Shown here piece by piece: positions 12,765-25,166 of a stretch of 64,000 nucleotides of DNA (positions are counted from its first letter, which is position 1; every line of letters starts with the position of its first letter). Below the pieces are notes generated by a model. It saw only the letters and a program-made list of their open reading frames with translations, was not told the DNA's origin and did not search any database. The position numbers and the translations under genes are program-made. Source of the stretch: Takakia lepidozioides (taxonomy: Eukaryota; Plantae; Bryophyta); assembly GCA_030704615.1 (NCBI GenBank), contig CM060731.1, positions 78,740,001 to 78,804,000 of the forward strand, given 5' to 3'.

Positions 12765-14047
12765 CATCTTTGCTCAAGGTCCTCTGTGTGCACTATCCCT
12801 CTTTGAATTCAACTTTCTAGGCTTGAATTGAGTTACAGCGAATAATACCACCACTGTCATAGGCCGACGAAAGGATACATGCTGTAGTTGTAGACAGCTC
12901 TGTATGGAGAGTTCGTGTTTCTAGGCAGCCCCTTTTTCCTTCATTCATCCCTTGCTTCCATGTCATACATTCTAAGTATCTCTTCCTACCAAGCATATCA
13001 CACAACACACTGCATTGCCCTGGGAGGGGGGACAATAGCATCGAGTAGCATACATGACGCAGACGTGACACTTCATAACGATGAACACCGACCAAGATAG
13101 CAGGAATCACAAGAGCGGCGTATCCAACTTGCCCTCCCCATTTCTCGCACACGGATGGATTTCCAAGGATTTTAGGGTTTCTATGTACAGACCCCCAACT
13201 CGACGGTGGCACGAGATCGGCCTCAAATTCCCCAATGAATTCCAATCATTTTACAGCGTTTGTGCTGCAAATGGAGGCTTGTTTTGTGTAACGGCCAAGG
13301 ACAAAGGTTTTTGCATTGTGTGCAATCCTCTGTTGAACAGTTCCAGACAATTGCCTGCCCTGCCTCACAACAATTCAGAACTTCAGGATATGTGGAGATG
13401 GTGAATGTGATTGTGGATCGATGCACCAACACCTACAAGGTCCTTGTCATATCGTATTGGAGCCACGACAGGACGAGACGTTGGAGAACAGACATGTACG
13501 ACTCTTGGACCGAAACTGGAAAGATGCCCGCGGAAGGTGATGCGTATTGTTCAGGAAGTGTGATATGTGCCCTACTCTCTTTGCTCTATTTTATACACAA
13601 GAGAAAAAGAAAGACAACAATTTGATGGCTTGTGACATTGGCACGGGTGTGTGGACTAAAGTTGCTGCACGGATGCCTGAATTTGCTGTATGTGAATGCA
13701 ATGAAGCTGGTCCATACCTTGTAGAGACTGGCGGGCGGCTATTACTGGTTGGGGTTCCATCATGATCCTGATTGCTTCTTTATCTCATCCCAAGTAATTT
13801 GTGTGTGGGAGTTGAAAGGTTCTACAACGAGTGCAGAGTGGCTGGAGATTGCAAGAACTAGACTGGATACCTTCTACAATTTTAGGGTGGCGAGCCATGA
13901 CAATCTCATATTCATGTGGAACATAGTTATCGTTTTGATGTATGACATGAAGCAACACACGTGGACACGTCATAATTATCAAAATTTCTTTTTCGGAATT
14001 GGGTCCAGGGGCGGCGCGGAAGGCTTAGTTTAGGTGCAAAAGTCTAG
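12765..14047 (+). pseudogene. F-box/kelch-type pseudogene, copy D
   Basis: RPPTRRWHEIGLKFP, CAANGGLFC, IVCNPL, YLVETGGRLLLVG and WLEIAR in shifted frames. Ends LSLGAKV* (stop 14045-14047), matching LSFGAKV* in copy A. Confidence 0.85.
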
Positions 14048-14654
14048 ACAAGATTTTCTTTTATTTTCTTGTAGAACACGTTCTAGTTCATCGTAAGATG
14101 CATTTCTAGATTAATTTCTAGCTCTAATGGTAGTTACTGTCCATAGTGCAATTTTGTATAAGCACTACACATAGCTCTGAAGTATCCATTTGGACACCTC
14201 TATTTTGTGACCCAATAAGAACACTCTACATATGGTTGGTTCCCCAAAGGAATCATAAATCGCACAACCTTTGCCCCTACTCCTCTCGGATTTGAATCTG
14301 AAAGCTCTCGAATTTGAATCAGAAAGTGGCTCCAAGTTATAAGTTGTGGCACTCACTGTTTTTTTCTACATAGGGGGCCACTCCATGCAGAACAAACACA
14401 ATAATGCAGCCTGAATATTGATGTGATGAAATTGGGTTTTGCTTTGGTGGATGTGTGTGCTTGTCCCTGAACTTTCAAAAAACTATATGAAGCTGCCACA
14501 GTGCATTGATTCAACTTCTGGCCAGCCTGTGACTTTGAAAGTTTAAGTCTTCTCTCACTATAATTAAGGGGCTTGATTTGTAAGCAGAATAAAATACAGA
14601 CCAATCGATACAAAGATTGGGCGATGGAGGCATGCCTAGAGCTGCCAACTTACT

Positions 14655-15160
14655 CTGCACTAGCTAATGCCCCGTGCTCAACCATCCAGCCGCACAGTAG
14701 ATCGAAAAGACCCTACTTAGATGGAAAGAGCGAGGTGCTGATCTTTATTTAATCTCTCTCTTTGCAAGGCGATCGAACCAAATACAAAAGATTAAACGTT
14801 TCTTTAATCATACCTGAATCACCCATTGATTCCGTTTGGGAATAAGATGTTACTAGGGTAGCCCGTGCTGTTGGCCCAAGTGTCCAGTGTCACCCAAGCC
14901 CAAGTGCAATCTCCATATCCAAGTGCGTCTCCTATGCTCGGCCCAAGTGCGGCCTCTAGGGTAGCCTATGCCGTTGGCCCATGTGCAAAGAATCAATACA
15001 TAAAGCCATACATTTGTTTTGTGGCTCCTCCCTCAAGAGGAGAGAATGAAGATCTTGATGTACCTACACCAAATAATACCTGCACCAGAAAATACCTACA
15101 CTAAATCACCCAAATTTAGATCTACCTACACCAGATAATACCTACACCTAAATTTGGAAG
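14655..15160. repeat. Helitron-like termini and short tandem subrepeats
   Basis: actagctaatgcccgtgc (~14660) and actagggtagcccgtgc (~14853) resemble reverse-complemented Helitron CTAG 3' ends. Also gcccaagtg subrepeats and tacctacacc repeats at 15060-15150. Confidence 0.35.
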
Positions 15161-15336
15161 ATGTGCCTTCATTAGTTAATACAATACGTGTCATCCAGAT
15201 GATTTGGGGTCAAATCTTTGTAGAACAAAGTTTTTAGGTCTTTCATTTTTAGGTTTGGGATCAAATCTTGCCACATTTACAAAAATAAGCATTAGTTTCC
15301 TAAAAGCCATCAGTGGAACAAAAGTTATGTATATAG

Positions 15337-16317
15337 CAGTGTTGTGCGAGTTCTGCCTTGGGGTCCGGGTTCAGGTATTGTTTTGGAGCCAAGTCCGGGT
15401 CCGGATTTGGGTTTTTGAAATTTGGAAAATCCGGGTCCGTGTTCGGATCCGGGTTTGTCAACACGGACTCGGGTTAGGGTCCGGGTAGTTGTTGGGAAAT
15501 ATTAGCGGGTTCACGGGTTCGGATCCGGGTCCTAATTAATTGATTAAATAAATTAGAAAAATAAGATTAATTAGGGATAAAATTATTTTTGGCTGGAAAA
15601 AACTTTAAATCCTAATTATGAATTTTATTTTAAGAGACATTCCTTCAAAATATACTATGAATATGTATTGCTCATTTAGCACAAGAATTAAAATATGAGT
15701 TTGAGTTCCATTTTCTATTTTTCAATATCAATTCTTTAAACATGTTAAGAATAGTAATATGCCTCAAGGATAGATCGCATGGCATGGATGTGTGGGATCT
15801 GGCCTAATATATATATATATGACGCCAAAGCTAGCGTAAATAAGAGCCTCTTCCCCTTTCTGGCCTAATAATAATATAAATAATAATATAAGACGCCTCC
15901 TTTGGGAGGTGTAATTTATGGTCCCATAGGGCACAACTTTGTGACACCACCCCGTGGATTGAACCCACAACCACTTTTAAGGTGGTATGTGGCCATACCA
16001 CTTGGCTACAACGTGGTGGGGCCGGCTGCTGCAGTGGCCTATTGCTGCTCGTCCCCTCCACACACATGACAAAACCTACCAGATCTAAGGTGGACCCCGC
16101 ATGCCCCATCTAAAATTAAGACCCGGACCGTGACCCCCTACATTGGCCCGGGGGTGGCGGGTTTAACAGGTTCCGGTTCCGGGTTCATTTTAGAAATGAA
16201 CCCGGGTCTCAGGGTCCGGGTTTTTTGTGATAGCACGGGTCCAGGTGCAGGTCCGGTAACCCGAATCCTAACCAGTCGGGTACCCGCGCCTTCAAAACCC
16301 GGACCCGCACAACACTG
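15337..16317. mobile_element. Non-autonomous hAT element (MITE-like), 981 bp
   Basis: TIRs CAGTGTTGTGCG / CGCACAACACTG, perfect 8-bp TSD GTATATAG (15329-15336 and 16318-16325), many ggtccgggt subterminal motifs. Confidence 0.92.
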
Positions 16318-16848
16318 GTATATAGACTCTAGTATTCAATGATGCTTTTGCTTAGTAGAACAAAGTTTTTAGGTCTTTCATTTTTAGGTTTTGGGATCAA
16401 ATCTTGCCACATTTGCAACATATGCACTTTTCAAAAATATTGGAGCAACTCAAACCGGCGGTCAAACTTCATTGCACCATTTTTGCTCATGTTTTGGATG
16501 CAGACAAATGTGCCACTTTGCATAGTGCCCACATAGCCCATGGAGGACACGGCATAGCTACCTAGGTAATTACCTCTTTGTATTTTCAAATTACTCTTCT
16601 CCTTACATTTATTTGTAAGTATATTTTTTTCTCATCTCTAATACTTTTGTTGGTTTTCTGGTTTGCAGGTTACAAGGATTTTCTACAATACAGACTACAA
16701 ATTTCAGTTATACAGTTTTCAATTTTACAGACTTCAGTTCGCAATTATACAGGCCTCAGTTTTCAGTTTCAGTTTTCAGCAAGATTTTTATTTCATTCAG
16801 TTATTCAGACTTCACATTCTAGTTTTACAGACTTCAATTTTGGACCAA

Positions 16849-17085
16849 CAGTCACTAGCTCAGTTGGTAAAGTGCACTCAGTGCCATCCGGATGACCTTG
16901 GGGTCAAATCCTGCTACTTGACGGGTGTGGTACACTATTCTCCCCCTTCCCTACGCAGTGTCGCATCGGAAAGCTTAACGGTGAGGTTATTGAGAGGTTA
17001 TTTTCACCTTTCTCTATCAAGGGGCCTGATTTGTGAGCTGTCGCTCCCAGGTGCTTTCATTTTTTGAAAAAAAAAAAAAAAAAAA
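16849..17085 (+). mobile_element. tRNA-derived SINE with poly(A) tail
   Basis: A-box TAGCTCAGTTGG (16856-16867), B-box-like GGGTCAAATCC (16901-16911), a body unrelated to tRNA and an A19 tail (17067-17085). A 20-bp direct repeat TCAGTTTTCAGCAAGATTTT lies at 16769-16788 and 17086-17105. Confidence 0.8.
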
Positions 17086-17324
17086 TCAGTTTTCAGCAAG
17101 ATTTTCAGCCAGTCATTCACTCATTGATCAAAACATATAATTTACCATTACCATTAATATGGATGTAGATATATACTTAATATTACAGTCTCAGAATTTG
17201 CAATGTGTACCCAATTACCATTATATTGTCGGAGACTAATTATTTGATTCGTTGACCATCTACTGATGAAGTGTCTGGAATGATTCAAATCCATTGTTCT
17301 TCGGACGCCCTGTCTGAGCTATAG

Positions 17325-17520
17325 GTCATATTTATTCCAGTGACCAAAAGTACTTGAAATTCGATATCTCCCATACCGCAAGTCCAAAAATCAAGAGACC
17401 AAGCCGGTGCACCCCTCCTCATTGAGGGCTTTTCAACCATACCAAGCACCAAGGCCGGTTTGGGACATCTCAATGCTACAAAACAAAAAAATAAAACAAA
17501 AAACAAACAAACAAACAACT
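17325..17520. repeat. Dispersed ~200-bp repeat family (other copies at ~18000-18215 and, inverted, at ~57650-57870 and ~57950-58080)
   Basis: Shared accaaaagtacttgaaat...gcacccctcctcat(t/c)gagggcttt...accaagcacca...ttgggacatctcaa followed by (aaac)n. Confidence 0.8.
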
Positions 17521-17539
17521 ACCTTGCTTCATCAGATAT

Positions 17540-17922
17540 TACTAGGATATGTATCCTAGTGCATCCTCTATGTCGAGGCCCAAGTGCGACCTCTAGGGTA
17601 GCATGCGCCTTTGGCCCATGAGTGTGAAGAATTGAGATCTAAGACCAAGTACAATTTCCTATGTATCCCAATGCATCTCCTATGTTGAGGCCCAAGTGCG
17701 ACCTCTAGTGTAGCCTACGCCTTATGCCTGTGTGAAGAATTGAAACCAAGTGCAATGTCCTCTGTATGCAAGTGCATCTCCAATGTCGAGGCCCATTTAA
17801 GCCCAAATGCAATCTTCTCATGCACCCAAGTGCATCTCTTTGTAGAGGCCCAAGTGTCCAGTGTCATCTAAGCCCAAGAGCAATCTCCTATGTATAAGTT
17901 CGGCTCCCATGTCAAGGCCCAA
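17540..17922. repeat. Degenerate tandem subrepeat array homologous to 14850-14990
   Basis: Recurring caagtgcatctcctatg / gaggcccaagtgcgacctctagggtagc units. Confidence 0.7.
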
Positions 17923-17999
17923 TTTTTTTTTTTTTCATGAATTTATTGAGTAGTAATGTATCCATCAGTATTGATATATCTCATGTCGAGGCTTCATTT

Positions 18000-18215
18000 A
18001 TCCAATCATTGTCCTAGGAAAGCCCACTTTGCTATTTTTCCAGTAACCAAAAGTACTTGAAATCCCATCTCTCCCACACCAAAGGTCCAAAAATGATGAG
18101 ACCAAGCAGGCGCACCCCTCCTCATCGAGGGCTTTCCAGCGGTACCAAGCACCAGGGCTGGGGCCCCGCGGTTTGGGACATCTCAACGCTACAAAACAAA
18201 CAAACAAACAAACTG
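18000..18215. repeat. Second copy of the dispersed ~200-bp repeat
   Basis: Direct similarity to 17325-17520. Confidence 0.8.
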
Positions 18216-18239
18216 GCTTGCTTCATATATTGATAATCG

Positions 18240-19420
18240 ATTTGCCAACATATACCGGGAATATAGCCATTCCACATTGCCTTTGCTTGGCAACAACGTC
18301 ATTAAAACAGGTCTGCTCTCCATACATCTCCTTGCCATCGAAGAACCACCAATCAGTCCCCACATGAACTCAAGAAGCAAGAAGACCTTCACAAATTTAC
18401 AAGAATACAGTATAGAAGGAATTGCAGAGCAATGCTCCCATAATACATCAAATCAAAAGACAAAGAAGGACAGAGGGAAGTACCCAAGGTTAGGAAGGGA
18501 GTGGCGCCGGTGGCCACATTTTCCTTTGGGCAGCTTTAGGGAAAAGTGGTCTCCTTCAAAGTGTGCTTTGTGCTCTCCACATAAATTTGTCGTACTTTTA
18601 CTCTGCAAGCCCTCAAACCACCCCTTGGTCTCACCAAATCGATCCCATCAAGAAAAAAGACAGCACCACACCACAATATTACTTCAAGCAACCTTGAAAA
18701 CGCCGAAGGAAGAAACAAACAAACAAGGAAAAACAAAGTACTAGGCCTGCTGAGGGCCCATCAGACACAAGAATAACCCGTTATAACAACAGAATGCAGG
18801 AATAAGTTAAACCCCAAACATTGCTCAAGGCAGAATTCCTCATACAGTAGGAGAATGGAGGCGAGGTGGCTTCTTCAGAGTGAGCTGAGCAGACTCCATA
18901 CACTTATATATCATGTCCAGAATGAGTGAGTGGACCAAAATTTGAGAGATACCTTCCTCTAATACTTCAGCTCATCCTCCCAAAAAACAGATTTCCCTCA
19001 CATCTGAAAGTGAACGAATACTGCGGGTTCCTCTTGCTACCATCACAGAGGCAGCCCCTGCACAAGAAGGAAACTCAAACCAGTAAAACCTTCAGGTCGA
19101 AAAACAGGACCACATTCTGCAGGTTCATAGGTGTTGTACCAAGTTAGAAGATTAGCACAATTGGCATGGAAATGCATGTAGCTGCCCTGAGAAGGGATAC
19201 TAGGAGGCGGGGAGGGGAAAAGAAAAAACTCAAGACACATTATTATGTGCTGGCCAGAAGGCGTTCAAAAAATTGTGAAAATTCAAAGAGTATAGAATGT
19301 CAAATATATCGGTGAAGATCCGCACACGAAATACAAGCAACTCAACACACATCGATTGCAGTCGCATCGTGCCGTGGACACTGACCCTGGTTGAGAGATG
19401 CAATTCAGCCCCACTTCCAA
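18240..19420 (-). pseudogene. Degenerate tandem duplicate of DUS2 3' exons and introns
   Basis: Copies of the GAASVMVARG exon (frameshifted, with a stop), the STKHTLKE exon and the EMYGE exon. Intron sequences also match 20420-21660. Confidence 0.85.
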
Positions 19421-20339
19421 AGCTAGGTAACAACATTTACTACCAATCCCAGAATAACTGTCAAGGCTCCCATTGATGCCCCAAAACAGGGCCTATACCC
19501 CATCCTTCTGAGTTTTCAGATCCAATGGTCCTATGCCTTTGTCTCGATGAGACGGTGCTATAACTTGGAACTCCTATCCTAAGGCTCCTACGCCTCTTTG
19601 CTGTTTGTATTACACTTTCCAAGACCTCAATACCATTGTACAGCATCCCTCAGTGTTTAGATGATTTTCCACTCATGCAGCTATGTTAGCTTTGGAGGAG
19701 CAAGGAGACAAGGACTGGAAAGAAGGAATCCTTGCCAAAGCCAGGTCCACCGGTCACCTGTAACAATACCAACTCCCTCATCATGCCCAAGCACAAGATT
19801 ACATTTGATACTCTACCAGGTCTCAATGAGAAAAAATCACAAACTAACAAATACATTAGAATTTCTTCAAACAGGATAGCTCTCTACGACTGTACAAAGA
19901 AAACAAGAGCCAACAATGCTGAATCGAGGTATGTACCTTGACATGTAATAAGTCCATCAGCATGGTGCTGACTAGTCACAGCAAAAAAATTCTCTCCTTC
20001 ATGCCTTAACTTGAAAGCTGCTAGCAATCATTATGCAGCAGCACCTGCCAAAGCCAACATAGGTAGCTGCATGAGTGTGGAAAATTACCTAAACAGTGAG
20101 GGATGCTCTACAATGGTATGAGGTCTTGGAAAGTGTCATACAAACAGCAAAGAGTCAGAGAACTCAAGGCAAGTTTGATAAACATCCTCCTTACATTTAA
20201 TGGCTGAAACCTTTGGGCCACAGATTCTGCACCCAGTTTGATGGGGCAGACAAGAAGCTCCAATGTAAGGAAAATGTGGTATAATCAGGAGATTACAAAG
20301 TACAGCCATGCACTACAAGGAGAGACATGCCTGACACAT

Positions 20340-23300
20340 CTAGGACAAGACATCTGCAGTTTAATTCAGCATTTTTCCTGGTAGATGACTTAGTGCAGAT
20401 ACACTTGGAGAACACATATACTAAATGATATGTAGACACATACCAGTGAATATGGCCATTCCAAATTGACTTCTCTTGGCAACAACCTCATTAAAAAAGC
20501 TATGCTCTCCATACATCTCCCTGACATCCAAGGAAGACCAATTAATCAGTCCCCACATACAAACTCCAGAAGCAAGAGAAGACCTTTAGTATTGAAAAGC
20601 AAACTACAAGAGTGAACTATAATAGGAATTCCAGGAGGAAGGGAGCAGTATTCCTGTAGTAAATCAGAAGGCTAGGGAGAAGGGAAAAGGAAGTACGCAA
20701 GGTCAGAGAGGGAGTGGCAGCGGTTGATCGATTTTCCTTCAGGCAGCTCCAGGCAAGAGTGGTGCATGATCATCTCCTTCAAAGTGTGCTTTGTGCTCTT
20801 CAAATCATTGTCCCACTCAATACTCTGCAAGCCCTCACACCACCCCTTATTCTCACTAAATTGATGCCATCCTGAAAAAGACAGCACCACAATACTATTT
20901 GAAACAACCATGCAAATGCAAAAGGAAGATACACAGAAACAACGAAGAACGAAACATTATTATGCCTGCTGAGTGCCCATGGGAACAAGAACAACCTAAT
21001 AGAGAAACAGAATCTAAGAATAAGTTAAACCCCAAGCGTTGCACAAAGGCAGAGTCCCCCATGCAGGTAGAGGATAGAGGAGGGAGGTGGCCTCGTCAGA
21101 GTGAGTTAAGTAGACTCCAGACACTCTCGCTGATAATTTCATATATTACGTCTAGAATGAATGGACTCGACCAGAATTAGAGAGTTCACCTTCCGCAAAT
21201 ACTTAAGCTTGACATCTTCCCAAAAAAGCTTGCCCTCACTTCTGAAAATCGACGCATTCCAGCAGGCTCCTCTAGCTACCATCACAGAGGCAGCCCCTGC
21301 GCACAAGGAAACTCAACTTTCACCTTTACTGAACACTTATGGGTTTGAAAAAAATGACCGGACCTCTGTACATTCAGGTATTCAACCCAGGTAGAATAAA
21401 AAAATTGGCAAGGAAATACAAATGCCCTGAGGAGGGATACTTCAATGAAAACTCAAGAGAGTTCAAACTATCAAAGAAACCTGTGTAACCTTATTGCTAA
21501 ACTGTGGAGTTCAGCACACATTTGTGTGGAATATTTCAATGGAATACATGCAATGCTATCAAGCAGTGAGCAAGTACTTACTTTAAACACACTGATTGTC
21601 GTATCCTAATGACCATGGAAACTGAACCTGGCTGGGCGATGGAATTGAGGGGGAGAAGATAGCAGAATGAGGACCACCACCATCACTGAATAGAGGGAAG
21701 TAGGGAAGAACTAACCAGTTGAATCTTTAATTCGCTGAAAGTCTGCATAGTCAAACACATCGCCGTTGGCAATAACGGGTATGGAGAGAGCTGACACTAC
21801 CTCTGCAATGCCATCCCACTGTGCTGGATCCCGTGGCCTGTCTGACACCTTTCTGGAACAATAGAGTAGTGAAGGCACATGACAATCTCGAAATTCTAGC
21901 CAGGAAAGCAGCTACCAAGTATAGAAGCCAAAGTGATACTTCATCTCACAGGTTGTCACTAAACTGACACCAAAAACATGAAATAGGACAACTCCAAACA
22001 GACACCATCAATGGATAATGCAACATCCTTCTCAATATCCATTCCTGACTAGGCTCGACCTTGACACAGCGCCATATCACTACTTTGCAAGGAAAGAAAA
22101 GACCTGAAAATGAGAAACAAAGTCAGGATGAGCATGCAATAAAACGCACATTGACCATTGAGAGCCTACCTGCCATGGACTGCAATAGCAGTAACCCCGG
22201 TCTTCTCAATTCTGCGAGCCAGTTCCACCGTATCCTGGTGACTTCTCAGCAGCCGAATTTTGCATGTCACGGGAATGTTGACATTCCTCTTCAATGTAGT
22301 CAGAATCTGCACAGACCCCATCCCACTGCTTAGTATCCAAGTACAGAAGGCCAATGCATCTGGTATCCCATTCAGGTCATAAGCTGAGCAAATTACAGTT
22401 ATCCTCCACAGCGCCTTGTCAACCTCATCCACCTCATCTTTTACCATGTCTTTTTGTGCAAGCTGTCTCAGTGGAGGTGGACAGTGGATGGCTCATGATC
22501 ACATGTGTTCCACCCATAAAAGACCAGCAGCAAGATAAAGGGTTTGCAGAAGTAGAGAGGATTGTTGTAATAGAATAACAATAAGTATTAATTGGGATGC
22601 ACCAGATACTCATGGAGCATTAATTTGGCAAGAATGGAAGAGTCACAATCACTAAGAGTAGCGGTCCCCTTGCAGAGAAGTACAGGTGAGGGAGTTGAGA
22701 ACAGGTTCATGAAAGGAAAGGATGTTACATCGTGAATGAGATCAGGCTTGGACAGAAGTGCAGCTCCCATCCCCCCACTGATGGAGAATGACTTTGGACA
22801 CCCCATGTTCACATCTATAGCTGCCACATCGCCACTCCTGTGATCCTTCACGGATCCCCAGTTTAGACATCTTAATCCCTACCCATGTATATGGCTTGTC
22901 AATTGCAGCCTCAAATCTATTTGGAAGCAGATTGCAAAGCGGTCAACGACTTCATGTAGCTAGACCCAAAGCAATCTCTCATCAGTCTCCCTCTCCAATC
23001 GTCTCCCCTCATCCCTCCATTGTGCTCTCACTAGCAAGAAATTGCTTAAGCAAGAGAGCGTGCATACACAAGATGGGCCACTTTCAAGGCGCGAACGGCA
23101 TCAGAGGTCCCTATCTGGAAAACCACACGAGGCTTCTCCTCGTCAGAAGTTCGAAAGACAATGTCATTGGTCCCTTTCTCCACCAAGTCAACAGTTCTCA
23201 GTGTGTCTGCAAACAGCATTGTCAATTTTCACCACTTCTTGACAACAGGCGTGCTCCTTACAAACCCATCTAATCCCATAAGAAACTTCAGAATTGATCT

Positions 23301-24772
23301 CATACAAAACCTACAAGACCAAGATCATACACGCAAGTACACACTGATATCATGAAAGAGGATTGGGTGTCTATTGACGGAAATGAGCTTCAGTAAAGAG
23401 AAACGGAAAGCAAAACTGAAAGTTGACTTGAGATAGTGAGGGTACCATTGATATGCCGAGTAGAACGGAGCACTTTGTGGTCAATGATCTCCTCGCCATA
23501 CGTGATGTCGGCCCCATACTCAGCCGCCAACATTCGAAATGGCAATCCACCCTGTTTGCCAAATTTTCTATCACAAGCTTATGAAGAGAAGGAGTATGTG
23601 TCTGTATTCTGATTTCCATGTTGAGCTTGACACCCAAAGCATCTGGTTCTTTGTTGTGCAGATCATTTCACCGCTACTCAATCTGAATACTTGCTTTTCT
23701 GAATGGTGCAAGGGCAACCAGAGGATGTACTGACCATGAATGACAAGGAGTAGCCATTTCACCTTTTAAAAAAATACAGAAAAACACAGAACGGTACAAT
23801 ACAGAAAACAGTGTAAGGAATATTTCAGGCCACATAGCATGCCGAGCCAAGGTTCCATCTCCTGCCTTTCTCTCTTCTCACAAGAGTGACCGCGCACACA
23901 CACAGCAAGAGCATCCAGGTCTAGGGTGTGAAGTAAGTCGAAGTCATTGAGGAAGTTGCTGCATAGTTAGGGCCTCAAGACATTGTGGGACGTGAGTATA
24001 ATTGAACATTGATTGGAGTCAGGTGGATTTGGACTCGACATTCCCCTTGGAGAAAACAGTGGAATCAAGAGGTGTGTGTGTGGCTTGTCTGGATGAACAT
24101 GCAGAAGCTGTAGGGAGAGGAATTTTAACGGTTTGCCATCTTAAAGTCTACAGACACCTCACTCCAACTCAAGGTCCTTTCATAGATCACCACAATCAAA
24201 CTACATGAAAAGCATTCTCATCTGTGAGACAAACAAGTCCAACGTCTGTACATTTTTCCGAAAATCTCTTACAAGTGTAATTGTTGGCAGTGAGTCATTT
24301 TACAAGGAAATAGCCCATGGCATCCTTCAATAATTCAGCTAATCAGCTTACAAAAGTTCACGTGCGCATGAGAGCCGTAGCTACCTTATCCCTTCTTCAC
24401 AACAAACACGCTGATGCTCTCATCAGCCCGAGTGCCGCTACCGACGGAAGTTTCCCAACTTTCAGATTACAAAACTACGCCGAGGTCAGACTTAGAGAAC
24501 TGGATAGGAAAGTAGGCCAATACTCCTAGCTTAGGATACGTGATTTCTAAGGAGTTAACCAGGAACGGATTGAAAATTTCGTCAAGCAGCCAAGGTGGAA
24601 GAGACACAACCAAAGGCAACGAGGAGAGAAGCATACTCAATTGGTTGCCTCACTTATCGTCCCGTAAACAGAGACAAACCAAGAAAGAAAAGAGGATACT
24701 TAAGGACAGAAGTACACTCACCACCCGAACCATGGGAGCCAATATATGTTTCCCTCTGTAATCAAGCTCCAT
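20340..24772 (-). CDS. DUS2: tRNA-dihydrouridine(20) synthase, DUS2-like (about 10 exons)
   Basis: Exons MELDYRGKHILAPMVRV; GLPFRMLAAEYGADITYGEEIID; VVFQIGTSDAVRAL; IDVNMGCPKSFSISGGMGAALL; PVTCKIR...AIAVHGR; PVIANGD; SVMVARGACWNASIF; WDNDLKSTKHTLKEMI, with GT-AG boundaries. The stop is at 20340 if a last mini-exon is used, otherwise at 20421. Confidence 0.92.
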
Positions 24773-25166
24773 CGCCTCCGAGTCTTCGTTGCCAACACAA
24801 ATCTTCCGACGCACAAGCCAACAAGAACTTCAAACTCCGAACCCCAAACCCTAATCTACAGAGCAGCAAGACCGCCGCCAACGGGTCACTGCGACCTGGA
24901 CGACCTGCTTATCTGGTCAATGTCATTCACTAAAAAGAGGAAAAAAAAAAGAAAGAGAAAAGAGAAAAGGAGAAACAAAATAACAAAAATCATAATAATA
25001 ATAATAATAATAATAAAAGAAAAGGAAAATGAAAAACCTAGCCTTCACTGGCTAGCTTGAGGGTTGCTGTCTGCTGCTGTGAGAGAGACGAGTTGGACAC
25101 AGACGAGAGAGAGAAGGAGCGTTTTGAGTTCTGAGTTCTGAGCAAAGGATAGTTGCGGGAGTCGCT
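24773..25166. promoter_or_regulatory. Compact divergent (bidirectional) promoter region between DUS2 and eIF2-beta
   Basis: 394 bp lie between the opposing ATGs. Contains a telo-box-like AAACCCTAA at 24846-24854 and an (AAT)n tract at ~24992-25015. Confidence 0.6.

Noticed and set aside
16849-16925. Functional tRNA gene
   Set aside because: A/B boxes are present but I see no proper acceptor or anticodon stems; the downstream body and poly(A) indicate a SINE.
17540-17922. CRISPR-like repeat array
   Set aside because: Eukaryotic context, degenerate variable units and no unique spacers; fits transposon subterminal repeats.
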